Part shown: positions 40,055 through 54,000 of the stretch, piece by piece
Layout: each line of letters opens with the position of its first letter
Numbering within the stretch: position 1 is the stretch's first letter
Source: Elsinoe ampelina
Taxonomy: Eukaryota
Direction of reading: 5' to 3'
Assembly (NCBI GenBank): GCA_010093995.1
Contig: ML992510.1
Coordinates: forward strand, 261,504 to 325,503
Length of the DNA: 64,000 bases
Position numbers and translations under genes: made by a program
The notes under the pieces: model-generated
What the model saw: the letters and a program-made list of their open reading frames with translations, nothing else
Database searches by the model: none
What the model was told of the DNA's origin: nothing

Positions 40055-40520
40055 GACTTAGAGAGATCTAGATAAGATTAGTTAACGTAAACTAAGGATA
40101 AACTATGTCTATTACTAACTCCTCGCTACTAGCTAGTATACTAGTTACTATCTTAAATGTAGTATAATCGGATATAGCTCTACTAGATAAAGATAATCTC
40201 CTAGTACTTTACTCTATAGATATACTACTAGTTGTGCTTACTATAATTACTTACTCTTCCTCGTATATACTTTCTATTATAACCTTATCTATGCCCTTCT
40301 CTTTCTTATATACATCGCTATTAAGTCTACTATTACTATTACTATCTGTTCTACGTGCTAAAGGTTAAGGATCGAGGTTAGTAAAGAGACTAAGAGAATT
40401 ATCTACTATACTATACTATATAGTAGGCAAAGAGAAAAGGACACTCTATACTAGCTATAGGCTATCGTTTCTACCTCGTTACTTAGTTTAGTTCTTATTT
40501 ACTATAATTTATAGTAGAGC
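40055..40520. repeat. Block B copy 2 (not followed by the Plavaka body)
   Basis: Direct repeat of 32652-33120; similarity stops at 40055. Mirrored at 62072-62537. Confidence 0.9.
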
Positions 40521-40949
40521 TAATAGAACTAAGCTATTATATAGCATTAGCGAACTAAAGCTAAAATTGTATCTATACTATAGTACTAGATACATTAAGA
40601 TAGAGTTTGCTCTAATATATCTAGGTAATAGAGTTTATTAGCTGTCTCTTACTTAAGAATAATATTAAATACTATACTTAATTAGCTATTATTACGCTAT
40701 TGTCCTTAGTAGAGGCTTTTATAGCAATTATAAAATAGGGAGTACTATATAGGCATAATAATTTTAGCTAGTAAACGATTTATAGCTCTTACTATCTTAT
40801 ATCTTAACTTGTCGCTAGTATTATAATAAGTTAGTTATAAATAGCCTCTATGAAAAAATAGTAATAGCGGTATACGAAGATGCCTTAGCTATATAATATT
40901 AGGTCGTTTATACCTATAGTTAATCTGTTAGGGGTAGTTAATTAGTTTA

Positions 40950-43900
40950 CTAAACTAAAACTAGTACTTTTTAGGTAAAAATTATAGGTGTTTCCTTAAC
41001 CGATCTTAACAAGGATAAACTAATAATTTGCTATTACTTCTCTATTAGTTTAAACAACTACGCTTTTAGTTTGTTCGCTTTGCTATATTGTCTTATATAA
41101 CCTTCTATATTATTATTAGTGTATCGTAGCTATAGTTAACTTACTTCTTTAGCCAATAGAATAGTATAGTCGGCTTAAGTATAAACGCTATTATTATATC
41201 TATACTAGCGAATATTATATTCTCTAAGGCACTATTAGAAGCCTACTATAATAATTAGATCTATATACTAACTTTGTGTTAAGCAAAGTTATACTATTAA
41301 GATAGAAGCACTAGTACTCTACTTATTATAGAACTATATACTATTCCTAGTTACGAACTAACTAGCGTAGCCTTCTCGAAGTAAGTTTACTTTAATATAG
41401 CTACCTTAATAATACCTACGTAGCTTACTATAGACTTCTCTCTATAATCGATAATAACAACTTTATTACTCTTACTAATCCCGATAGCTTAGCTATTCGG
41501 GATTCTCTTAAGTTATTATAGATATAGCTCTCTTGTTAGTAACGACTAAACTAGACTAACTAAGTTAAACTAACTACTATAGCTACTACTAGCACTATAG
41601 AGTTATACGTACGAATAATCTCTCGCTACCTTTTAGTCTTCTAACTATAGGCTTTCTATTCTATAATCTTAAGAATAATAATATAAAGGCTCTATATTCC
41701 TAATCTAGTATAGCGCTAGCTATATACTTGTCTACTACTTCGGCTTAGAGTACAAAGTCTAAGGAGTGTCTATAGCCCCTACTATAATATTAGTCGATGT
41801 TATTACTCTTTTTATACTAGCGGGGTAGTAGAGCGAATAAAGTAAGCTTGTAACAATATCTAGTATAATTACCTCTAGGTTCCTTTTACTTGTCGAATAT
41901 AGATATTATCCTATACTACTCTCTCCTATATAGCGTCTTTATAATTATAGTTAAGGTATACTTCCTTATATATAAAGCGATTTATATATATAGTGCTACT
42001 AAAGAAATAAGATATCTATTTTTAATTAAAACTTTAGAGTTCTAGTTAGGAATATCTTAAACCTAATAAGATATAAAAGTAAGCGTAGCTACTAGATGTT
42101 TTATAATTAGGTTAAGATACATGTCGAGAGAAATAAATAGAAGTCTAGCTATCTATATAGGGACTAATATAAAGATTTTAAACTAGAAATAAGAAGTAAC
42201 TATTATACTTATAAAAAGGAGACTACGATAGGCTTTAATTATTCTTATATTACCTTTATATAGGCGGAGAGCTGCCTCTTATTATATTATATAGTAATAT
42301 CGAGTTAAATTATGTCTAGTTTATTCTTTCTTATTCTTTGTAATAGGTATATCTTTGCCGCCTATAGATAGAGACTAGCTCTACTATGTCGAAGCTACCT
42401 TTATTAAGTAGTAGATATCTAATTCCTTTCTCTCGGTATAATCGACCTTATATTAAATATTAAGCTTAATACTAAACCTACGTATATAGTTAGTAGAGCT
42501 ATACTAATGCTAAGTAGTAATTACCTAATAAGGAGAGATATAAGATAGCTAGGCGTTATAGTATTCTCTTAAAGGACTTATCCGCCCTAACATAAAATAA
42601 GTTTATCTCTAGTTTTAGACTAACTAAACTAACTTAAGTTTATACTTAGTTAGAAGGCATAACCTAACCTAAAGCGTCTTTACTATTTGTTAAGAGGTAG
42701 TAGCTAGAACTAATAATAGTCGGCAGGAATTCTTTATTAACTTCTAAGTATGCTATATATAAATCTCGCTAGTATATAAGAGTAAAGCCTAATAACTATA
42801 TTAGTAGTAACACCTACGTGCTTCTTTATAGTACTATACTATTCTTATCTAATTTAGTTAACTCTAAGTTCGGTATAGAACTAAAACTTATACTATTACT
42901 TCTACTATAATAGGGGACAAGATTCTATTCCGCTAACTTGTTTTACTTATTATTAAACGCTCTAGTCTATTATATCTATAGTAGTATTACTTTGTTTCTA
43001 TTATTAATAATATTAAGAACATATTACTTTTTTAATACTAATATTAATCTTATATTAGTAGAAGTAAGTCGTTATCTTCTTAAACTTACTCTCTTTACTC
43101 TAATACATTATAGCATACTAGGCAAGCTATAGAAAGTTACTAGTAACAAAGTAGAACTTAAAAGAGGTATTAGAGAGCTCCGAGAGATTATATTTATCTA
43201 GATAGATAGCCGGCCTTAGGTATATAGTAGCTTATATAATATTCTTTAAGCTATTAAAGCAGTAGGAATATAGATAGTACCTCGGCGGTATATACTATAG
43301 TCTAAATAAGCTATGTTCTTCTAGTAAGGGAGAAGAAGCTATATTCTTCTAAAACTATATAAAGTAAAACTACACTCTAAACTAAGTTACTAGGTTAGTT
43401 AGAATCTATCTAGCTATAGTTATAGAACTATCGAGCAAGTTTGCTTCTAATAACAATAATAGAAATTACAGGATTTATAGGGGCTATAGCCTCTTAGAGG
43501 TAGAACAAGCTAAATAAAACTTTATTAGTTAAGAACTAAACAGTTTTATAAATAACATAATAGCAAATAAAATATAGTAGTATTGCCGCTCTTACCTTTA
43601 GTAGTTTAGTCACTATTACAAGTATTAAATGTTCTATATTATAATATTCTCTTTCTACTAATCTTCTTTATGCTTCTTGTTAGTATTAATATCTATAAAG
43701 TAAAGCTTCTTAGAAGTAAGAAACACTTCCGAGTCCTCTTCTATAGTAGCCTTAGCTATAGGAAGTAGTTACTAGCTACTATAATATTAATAAGAGTTGT
43801 CTATAAGTGTTAGTATATATAGATAAATAGGAAAGGGATAAACTTACTTTATATAAAGTTAAGAAGATCTTTAATAGATACTATAGAAGAAGTAAGATAG

Positions 43901-44907
43901 AGAAAGATCTTATAAATACTAGAGATAAGAGTCGTAATATGCTTAGTAATAGCAGCGTCTAGATTAAAAGAGTCTTTAATAGTAAAGACTTATACGGAGT
44001 TATATATGTTAAGCTAGTAGAGTTAGAGGTAATTACCTCTAATATTAAGAATCTACCTAAGCTTACTAATGTAGTAATTAACGTAATAATTCTTGTCTTT
44101 GCCGGCACTAGGCTTTATTAAGTTATAGACACGAATGTTCTTTCTTAATGTTAGATACGGAATAGTATCTACTTTAATAACCTCTATAATCTAGATCGTA
44201 GCAAATTCGATATTAATCTAGACATAATTAGACGCTAGCCCCTAGTTAAAGCTAAATATCCTATAACGAGGCTATATATATAAATCTAATCTCTTATTGC
44301 CTATCTTTATACGAGTTATATGTCTCTCCGAGGATAGTGTTCTTACTTAGGAGAGTATTAGTGTCTATATAGACGAGGTAGCTAAAGGATATAGAGTCTA
44401 AGTGCCTTCTTTACCTAGTAACGTTGTCCTTTCTCTTTTAACTAATAGGAGATTTGCCCTTATTAATTATATAGTATTTCGGAATAATCGCTATATAGCT
44501 TTTATCTTATTAATATTAACTATAGTCTATAAGTTCTCCTTAAACTAGTCTAGATCTTTCCGATCTAGTTAGTTAATAAAGAGCTAGAAATCGTTAGGCG
44601 TGCTATTTAGTAGCCTAGTTTTAATTTTAAGATATGCTTTAAGTACCTTAGGATTATATAACTTACTTCTATTTTGTTTCTTAATTTTAATATTAGATTC
44701 TATAAAGACTTTTAAGATTGTTTCCTTTATCCTTACAAACGTAGTAGAGTATTACTAGTTGTCCTAATTAAAGAAGAATTAGATAGATTTCTTACTAACA
44801 TTATTATTATAAAGTATATTCTTAATAAGAGCTAGTATAAGGTTATTAAGTAGAATCTTTTCTATAGGTTTAGTAGTAACCTTTAGCTTCTTCGTCTTTA
44901 GTAGCAT
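40950..44907 (-). pseudogene. Large unknown multi-exon gene 'X2', RIP-inactivated
   Basis: ATG at 44907. De-RIP reading MLPKTKKPK...IQFFFDQDNWQYSTTFVR...DRKDLDWFKEN ... KTKR|intron|SLPTRELHL..LERIPNGRAIGIGKG; several GT..CTAAC..AG introns. The 3' end is approximate. Confidence 0.55.
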
Positions 44908-45750
44908 AGTACTATTATATATATTTAATAAGTGTAAGAATATCTACTAGTAAAGGCGTTATATAAGGTAAGTAAGGTTAGAGGGGTTAAGATTATATAG
45001 CTAGGAACTAAGCGTAGTAAGTTAAGTACTATAGAGTAAACAGTAGTAATTATAAATACCTACTACCTAGTATAATATTAAAATGCTATATAGAAAGTAG
45101 GTAGTAACTTCTTAAATATAATAAAATTTGTATTTAAGATAGTATACTAAAGTAAGTAATATACTTATAACTAAGATCTAGTTCGGGCCTTAACCTAAAA
45201 GTAAACTAGGTTAACTAAGTCTATATTTCGTACATGCTAATAGTAACATATAATAATTACTAATATTAGGTCGATACTAGAACTAAAAGTAAATAAGTTA
45301 GTTTACTACTAATAAATATTATAGAGTATAAATTAGGTAAGCAAACAAAACGTAGCTATCGGAGAATATTATAAGTACTAATTATCGTAGAAAATTAGTG
45401 TTAAAGTAATTAACTATACTAAACACTTATATATTAGTACTATATATAAAGTTATATATACTTTAAACAGCTAGTAGACTATTTAATAAAGAGTATTATT
45501 GTGTAAAGTAATAACTTTAATATCTTTATAGTAGATAGGAGATAAGATAAATAATAAAGAATAAAGAAAGATATATAGTATACTTATATATATTAGATAA
45601 GGAGATTTTATTTACTAGTTAGAGGAGAGAGATTAAAGCGATAGGTATATAATCTATATAGAAAGAAGTATATCGCTAACGTAAGAAAGTTATAATAAAG
45701 CGCTACTAATAATAAAACTCCGCTATAAAAGTAATTATAAAAGAGAATAC

Positions 45751-46520
45751 TACTAATATAGCTTTACCTATAACGCTCTCTATAGTAAGCTACTATCTAG
45801 TAGGAGGTAGTAGACGTATCTTTGCCCGCGATATACCTCTATCTCTTCCTCTTTATTATACTAGTTATTCTTCTATAATTCTCCCCTTAATATTCTTATA
45901 CTATAAGGTAGATAATTCTTAGTAGACACTAGCTTCTCTACTCTCTTTACGTACGCTAGAACCCTTAGTAGTGCTATCTATAAGATTAAGAGATGCTCTA
46001 CGATAGATTTACTTAGTTATAGCTACTAGGTAGAGATAGTAGCTAATTCTACTAATAATATATAGCTAGTATAAAGGAAGCTATAGAGGGTAGCAGTAGT
46101 AGGGAGAGAGAAAGAGATATTAGAGTCTCCTTATATACCCTTAAGCCTATAGCGGCGTAGTAGGTAAGATAGAGAAGTATACTATAATAGATTTACTCTA
46201 GCGTAACTACTAGGTACTAGTAGTAGTTAATCCTATAAATACGATATAGCTAGTATAGAGAATACTATTAGAAGTAGTAGCGATAGTAAAGTAAGAGTAA
46301 ATGTTAGAGTCGCTATTATATATATAGCAATAGATAATTATAGTATACTAGGCAAGGGATCTACTATAATAGATAGCTAGCTATTATTAAGGTCAAATAG
46401 AGAGGAGAGAAAAGGTTATACTAGGGACACTAACGCCTATATTTAGGTCGGTATAAGTAGAAAGCGCGAACTAAGGCGTTATTACAAATTATATTTATAA
46501 TATAGTTATATCGCTATATA
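45751..46520. repeat. Block A copy 2
   Basis: Direct repeat of 38525-39293; mirrored at 56072-56841. Confidence 0.92.
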
Positions 46521-46760
46521 ATAAGCATATAACAAAACTAAGAGAAGATAAAGTTTAGTATATTAAACTTTATAGTTCTACAAGTATTAGTTTAGGCTAA
46601 CTAATTATAACTAAGCATAATTCTAGTATACTTCTCTCATAAGTAAACTAAGATCTAAGGCTTATCTATCGCAAGTAATACTTGTACCGAATTACTACCT
46701 ATACTACTACTCTTTTACCTCTATCTTCTCTCTCTCTTCTCTCTTCTCCCCTCCGTAGCT

Positions 46761-49700
46761 ATACCTATATCTACTTCTTATTAACTAGTAATATACTTAA
46801 TCGAAGCTATTAAGTAAGCTATTACCCTTAATAATAAAGGCTATAGAGACTTATATAGTCTCTTAGAGGATATTATAATAGGTAAAGGTATAGTTAGAAG
46901 AACATTTAGGTTAATTTCTAATAGGAGAAAGTTAGAGAAGAAGGTACTTCTAGTAGTACTAGATAGTAATAATATTCAGTGTATATTTCGGCGTATAATA
47001 GAGCTCTTAGAGAGTAGCGATAGTTAAGCTACCTTCTATACTCTCGTCTATAAGATAAGTACTAATTTTAGACGTTAGTAGGTATAGTTACACTTAAGAT
47101 TATATAAGCCTAGAGAAGCGTAGAATAGTACTAATACACTTACCTCGAATAAATCCTTAGATTACTAATTATAATTATAAGTGCCTTTACTCTCTAATTA
47201 ACTAGATAATATACTATTAGTAGTTTATAAGGATAGAGAGATATGTTCTATCTACTCGATTAGAGATCTCCTACTTATACGTTATAAAGCTATAACTACT
47301 ATGTCTAAGAAGAATATAGATATTAAGTTTAATTAGCTAAGAGTAATATCGATTATAACGGACTACTATATATATAATAAGTAAAGCGATGTTATAGGTT
47401 AGAAGGATAATAGAACGCTATATTTTGCTATAATAGAGAATACTATCTAGTTTAAGGCTATTATCTTGTCTAAGATATTACATAGTTTACTTCTTTATAT
47501 TCTAATAAAGTAACGAGATTAAGGAAAGTATCTAGCTAAAGCAAGTATAAAGGAGAATAGTCTAGTAATAGACTAAGTTAAACTAAAAAGTAGTAGAGTA
47601 ATCTACGCTAAGCTATACCTACTACTAAACCCTAGAGTTTTAGTTTGTTTACTACGCTTTATCCTTTCTTACCTTTTAACTAAATTGCCCTTTAGAATTA
47701 CTTATCTATTCTTCTACTATTAATCTGTTAGGTTTATTAGTATCTTTTAGCTAGGCTCCTAAGTATAGATATTAATTATACTAACCTTGTTTCTCTAGCG
47801 GCTAATATCTAGACTATAGAATTAAGTATATAGGCTCCTCTTATCTGTTTAGATGTTAAAGTATAGTCTTCTAATAGTCTCCCTAACTAGCTAGAGGCTT
47901 AAATTAGAAGCTCTCTACTATATATACACGGAGAAGAGTATAATTATGTTAGTAGCTAGCAAAAGCGATATAGGACCTAGTAGCCTAAACAGCTTAATAG
48001 ATAGTAACTCCTAGAGGAAGATATTACACTTGTTTAGTAGGAAGTAGGCTAATTATAATTAATAGCGGAGAAGAATGTAAGCTTAATTAGACAACTCTAG
48101 TAAGAGAATAATATACTTAGGAAGTACATTAGTAAAGCTTTTTATATATTTAGCATTGTCTTTACGGACCTTACTAGTAGAGTATTAAGAGGCTTATTCG
48201 GATTAAATAAGAGTATATAACGCTATACTAATAGTGCTACTCTACTATTACTATATATAGTTACTAATAGCTAATTAATGCCTGCTCTCTATTACGACAT
48301 AATTAGTAGAAGATAAGCTACTCTATCTAGCGTGTCTTATTTGGACACTCTAGATAGTAAGATAGTAAGCAATTAATGCTTTTAGCACTTAGAAGATATA
48401 CTACTTAGTAAAGGAGGGACTACTAATATAATTAATAAGAGAGCTACTATATAAATTATACTACCTATCTATATATATAATAGCTAGTTCCTATAGTCTT
48501 TCGAATTAGTGTATAATTACTTAGTTTAAGTTTAATCTACAATTTCTCTCTATATATTTCTACTCTAATTATTACTTAACCTAATAACAAATGCTATATT
48601 TAGTTTAAGTATTTAGTCTAAGTAAGTTTAAGTAGCTTTCTTTTTTAGTTTAGCTTCTAGTAATTAGTACTCTATAAGTTAGACCTAGCTATAAGTCTAA
48701 TTTAATACTCTTCCTAGTTAAGATTACCTTAGGGTATAGGTAGATATAACTAATTCTAATTAGAAGAAAGTTATATACTCTAAACACCTAACTAAGCTAT
48801 TATCTAACTTAAACTAATGCTAAGTTACTATAACGTATATAAGATAACTATCTATCCCCCTTATAGTATATATTATTCTAGCTTACCTTACTAACTCTCT
48901 TATACCTATATATCTCTTTATTAGAACTATTATAAACTAAGATGTCTTAGGCACGTTAGCGCCTATATAGCTTAGACTATAAGACTAATAAGTATTCTAA
49001 AGATAATAATTTAGATTATTTTAACTAGGATAAAGTAGAGTAAGACTTTAGTATTAAGGGAGACTAAGCTAACTATATAGGCTATAAATATAATATTAAA
49101 GACAAAGGAGAAGGTATAAATTAGACATTACTACTCTTAATCTAAGTTTAAGAGAGCTATAACTCGACAAGAATAGCCTAACGTTAGCCTCTACGCTAGT
49201 TAAGATAGTAAAGCGGAGGTAATAGAATATACTAAACTAGTATCTTAACATTTTTAAAGCGGTATATAATAATCTATATATAAGTATAGCTATTAGAGTA
49301 AATTATAATACAATATTACTAATATTAGACAATTAATAGCTACTTCTACAAATTACATAGTACTAGTGCTTAGTCTATAACTAGCTACTAGTACTTTATC
49401 TATAGAGGACTATAGGTAAATACCCTTCTATAGTTATAGCTAGTAAGGTAAGTTACGTAGCTAAAGCTAATTACTTATTAATATATATATAGCTCCGAGA
49501 GGTACTCTACTATAGTTATAACAACATTACACGAATAGTAAGTAAGATACTCTACTACGAATAGCTAGCTAAGGGGCTAGAGAATAGTAAGCTACTAAAT
49601 TAGACACGTAGGCTACTAGAGGAAAGAAAGTACTAATATAAGAATAGCAATTTAGTACGCGCTAGATATACTTATTAATTAATTACTTATATATAGTAGC

Positions 49701-51000
49701 GTAAATGCTTTAGAAGTTCTTTAATATATAAAGCCTTCTAAGTAGCCTTTATTAGATGTATAGGCTTAGCTATAATAGCTAGTACTTACTATTACTTTAA
49801 TAAACTAATACTCTTTCTTATTTCCTCTCTTCTAGTAATAATTTATATACTCTTAGTTAAGTAAGTAAATAGAGTTAAGTCTTACTTACCTAAGGGAATA
49901 CTAGTATTTAAATATATAGAACCTTTAGAACTTAATTATGTCTAACTAAGTATTTAGAATAACTTCCTAGCGTAGATTAGCCCGAGATAGATTCTTATTC
50001 TTTATTAGCTAAAACTTAGCTTTACTAAGTACATTAAGAGGAATAGACTTACTATTGTAGTAGTAGTATTAAATATATCTCTTTATACTAATACTATAGA
50101 GGGACTATTAGATAGAGAAGATATAAGGGAAAGGTATATATATACCTTCTCGTTTTAGTTTAGCCTACTTAACTTCGAACTAACTTATAGAGAAGTTAGG
50201 TATATAATAATAGGCCTAATAGCGGGAGTAATAGCTATTATATAGCACTAGTACGAAATACTTCTACTAAGCACCTTTTAAGAGGTAAGCTTAATTCTCC
50301 TATTAGCTTCTTAAGTTTAATACTAATAGATTAAGAAGAGCGTCTAATTAAGGCTAAATACTCTATTATAGCATATTAAGGTACTACTTAGTTCACGTAT
50401 AGAAGCAAAGTACTAAATTACTCTATAGCAACTCCTACGATAGAAGTATAGCTAGCGTAGATACCTAATATAGATAGTAACCTTGTTATAACTTTAACTA
50501 CTACTAAACTAAGTTAGGTCGTAGTTAGTATATATAAGAATTAATAGACTTAATAGCGACATTTACCCGGGCTACTTAATTATACACGTGCTATACTGTC
50601 CTAAGACGGACAACTTAATAGCGATTTACTAGCGGTCGAGGCGTAGTAGAAGGATTTCTTAGGTATATAGACGTAGATAAACTTTTTGTCCTTCGTATAT
50701 AAGAAGTTTAAAGGCCTACTATATAAACTAGTCTTATAGTACTAAATCGGCCTAAAGTATAGTAGTAGTATCTTAGACATTAAGGAGAATAGATATCTAC
50801 TAGATAGAGATACTTTTATAGAACTAAGGGATAAGGATATAGAATTATAAGAAGATAGTATATATATTATTATTAAGAGTAGCGTTAAGTAGAATATAAA
50901 GCAATATATACATTCTAGTAACCTTATATAATTTTCTAGACGTAGTAGACAAATTACAAGGTCTATATAATATATAGACATATATAATATATACTATAAG
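46761..51000 (+). pseudogene. Run of about four co-oriented RIP-degraded unknown genes
   Basis: De-RIP readings: ~46761-47660 (HLIEAIKQALALDDKG...FRTLVHKMSTNFRR); ~47760-48220 (coiled-coil-like EENVSLIRQLQQENDMLRK); ~48900-49500 (acidic YETDEYSEDDDLGYFD); ~50100-51000 (Cys-rich end). A CT-rich leader at ~46710-46755 precedes the first. Confidence 0.4.
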
Positions 51001-54000
51001 GTAAGCTATATAATAGAATATTTCTATAATTAATATTATTAAGCTTATAGAGTAGATATAAACTAATTACTTCGCGAACTAAGAAACGCTTAAACTAAGA
51101 TAAGAGATATATATAGTATACTATCTACTATTAGGCTATCTCTATTTACTACGTATTAGGGGTTTTTAGATTTCTACGGGGAAAAACTATATTACTTCTA
51201 AGTAGGACCTAGAGGTAACTAGGGAATTATATTAAACTAAGTTAAACTAAGTTAGTTACTTAGAAGTAGTCTAATATAGCTCCCTCGTTACAAAATCCCT
51301 AACGCTAGGGAGCTATATTAGACTACTTCTAAGTAACTAACTTAGTTTAACTTAGTTTAATGTAATTCCCTAGTTACCCCTAGGTTCTACTTAGAAGCAA
51401 CGTAGTTTTTCCCTATAGAAATCTAAAAACCCCTAATACGCAGCAAATAGAGATAGCCTAATAGTAGATAGTATACTACGTATATCTCTTATCTTAGTTT
51501 AAGCATTTCTTAGTTCGTAAAGTAATTAGTTTATGTCTACTCTATAAGCTTAATAATATTAATTATAGAAATATTCTATTACGTAGCTTACCTTATAGTA
51601 TATATTATATATGTCTATATATTATATAGACCTTATAATTTGTCTACTACGTCTAGAAAATTATATAAGGTCGCTAGAATATATATATTACTTTACGTTC
51701 TACCTAACGCTACTCTTAATAACAATATATATACTATCTTCTTATAATTCTATATCCTTATCCCTTAGTTCTATAAAAGTATCTCTATTTAGTAGATGTC
51801 TATCCTCCTTAATGTCTAAGATACTACTACTATACTTTAGGCCGATTTAGTACTATAAGACTAGTTTATGTAGTAGGCTTCTAAACTTCTTATATATAAA
51901 GGACAAAAAGTTTATCTACGTCTATGTACCTAAGAAATCCTTCTACTACGCCTCGACTGCTAGTAAATTGCTATTAAGTTGTCTATCTTAGGATAGTATA
52001 GCATATATATAATTAAGTAGCCCGGGTAGATATTGCTATTAAGTCTATTAATCCTCGTGTGTACTAACTATAACCTAACTTAGTTTAGTAGTAGTTAAAG
52101 TTATAACAAGGTTACTATCTATATTAGGTATCTACGCCGGCTATGCTTCTATTATAGGAGTTACTATAGGGCGATTTAGTACTTCGCTCTTATATATAAA
52201 CTAAGTAGTACCTTAATGCGCTATAATAGGGCATTTAGCCTTAATTAGACACTCTTCTTGATCTATTAGTATTAAACTTAAGAAGCTAATAGAAGAATTA
52301 AGCTTACCTCTTAAAAGGTGCTTAGTAGAAGCATTTCGTACCGGTGCTATATAATAGCTATTACCCCTACTATTAGGCCTGTTATTATATACCTAACTTC
52401 TCTATAAGTTAGTTTAAAGTTAGGTAGGCCGAACTAAAATAAGAAGGTATATATATACCTTTCCCTTATATCCTTTCTATCTAATAGTCCCTCTATAGTA
52501 TTAGCGTAAAGAGATATGTTTAATACTACTACTACAATAGTAAGTCTATTTCTTTTAACATACTTAGCAAAGCTAAGTTTTAGCTAACGAAGGATAAGAA
52601 CCTATCTCGGGCTAATCTACGCTAGAAAGTTATTCTAAATACTTAGTCGGATATAATTAAGTTCTAAAGGTTCTATACGTTTAAATACTAGCGTTTCCTT
52701 AGGTAAGTAGGACTTAACCCCGTCTACTTACTTAACTAAGAGTATATAAATCATTACTAGGAGGAAGGAAATAAGAAAGAGTATTAGTTTATTAAAGTAA
52801 TAGCGAGTACTAGCTATTATAGCTAAGCCTATATGTTTAATAAAGGCTACTCGGAAGGCTTTATATATTAAAGGACTTTTAAAGCATTTATACTACTATA
52901 TATAAGTAATTAATTAATAAGTACATCTAGCACGTACTAAATTGCTATTCTTATATTAGTACTTTCTTTCCTCTAGTAGCTTACGTATCTAATTCGGTAG
53001 CTCGCTATTCTCTAGCCCCTTAGCTAGCTATTCGTAGTAGAGTATCTTACTTACTATTTGTATAATGTTATTATAACTATAGCGGAGCGCCTCTCGGAGC
53101 TATATATATATTAATAAGTAATTAGCTTTAGCTACGTAACTTACTTTGCTAGCTATAACTACGGAAGAGTATTTACCTATAGTCCTCTATAGATAAAGTA
53201 CTAGTAGCCGGTTATAGACTAAGCGCTAGTACTATGTAATTTATAGAAGTAGCTATTAATTGTCTAATGTTAGTAATATTATATTATAATCTACTCCGAT
53301 AGCTATACTTATATATAGATTGTTACGTACCGCCTCGAAAATGTTAAGATACTAGTTTAGTATGTTCTATTACCTCCGCTTTACTATTTTAACTAGCGTA
53401 GAGGCTAATATTAGGCTATTCTCGTCGGGTTATAGCTCTCTTAAACTTAGATCGAGAGTAGTAATATCTAATTTATGCCTTCTTCTTTGTCTTTAATATT
53501 GTGTTTATAGCTTATATAGTTAGCTTAGTCTCTCTTAATGCTAAAGCCTTACTCTGCTTTATTCTAGTTAAAATAACCTAAACTATTATCTTCGGAATAC
53601 TTATTAGTCTTATAGTCTAAGCTATATAGACGCTAACGTACCTAAGACATCTTAGTTCGTAATAGTTCTAATAAAGAGATATATAGGTATAAGAGAGTTA
53701 GTAAGGCAAGCCGGAATAATATATACTATAAGGGGGATAGATAGTTATCTTATATATATTATAGTAATTTAGTATTAGTTTAAGTTAGATAATAGCTTAG
53801 TTAGGTATTTAAAGTGCGTAACTTTCTTCTAATTAGAATTAGTTATATCTGCCTATACCCTAAAGTAATCTTAACTAGTAAGAGTATTAAATTAGACTTG
53901 TAGCTAGGTCTAACTTATAGAGTACTAATTGCTAGAAGCTAAACTAAAAAAGAAAGCTACTCGAACTTACTTAGACTAAATACTTAAACTAAATATAGCA

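Larger units (their letters stand above)
38538..51285. repeat. Left arm of giant inverted duplication
   Basis: Reverse complement of 51307-64000. Mirror ORFs 50742-50981/51611-51850 and 42938-43132/59460-59654 give the same coordinate sum (102592). Confidence 0.95.

Noticed and set aside
38525..46520. Block A direct repeats read as LTRs of a retrotransposon
   Set aside because: The enclosed region has spliceosomal introns and no gag, RT, RNase H or integrase motifs that I could find; no clear TG...CA ends or PBS/PPT; block B is repeated in the same register, which fits a tandem cassette better.
50742..51850. Hydrophobic Leu/Ile/Tyr-rich ORFs in the AT-rich block (also 32831-33076, 42938-43132, 59460-59654)
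   Set aside because: Chance open frames produced by RIP composition; useful only as markers of the mirror symmetry.
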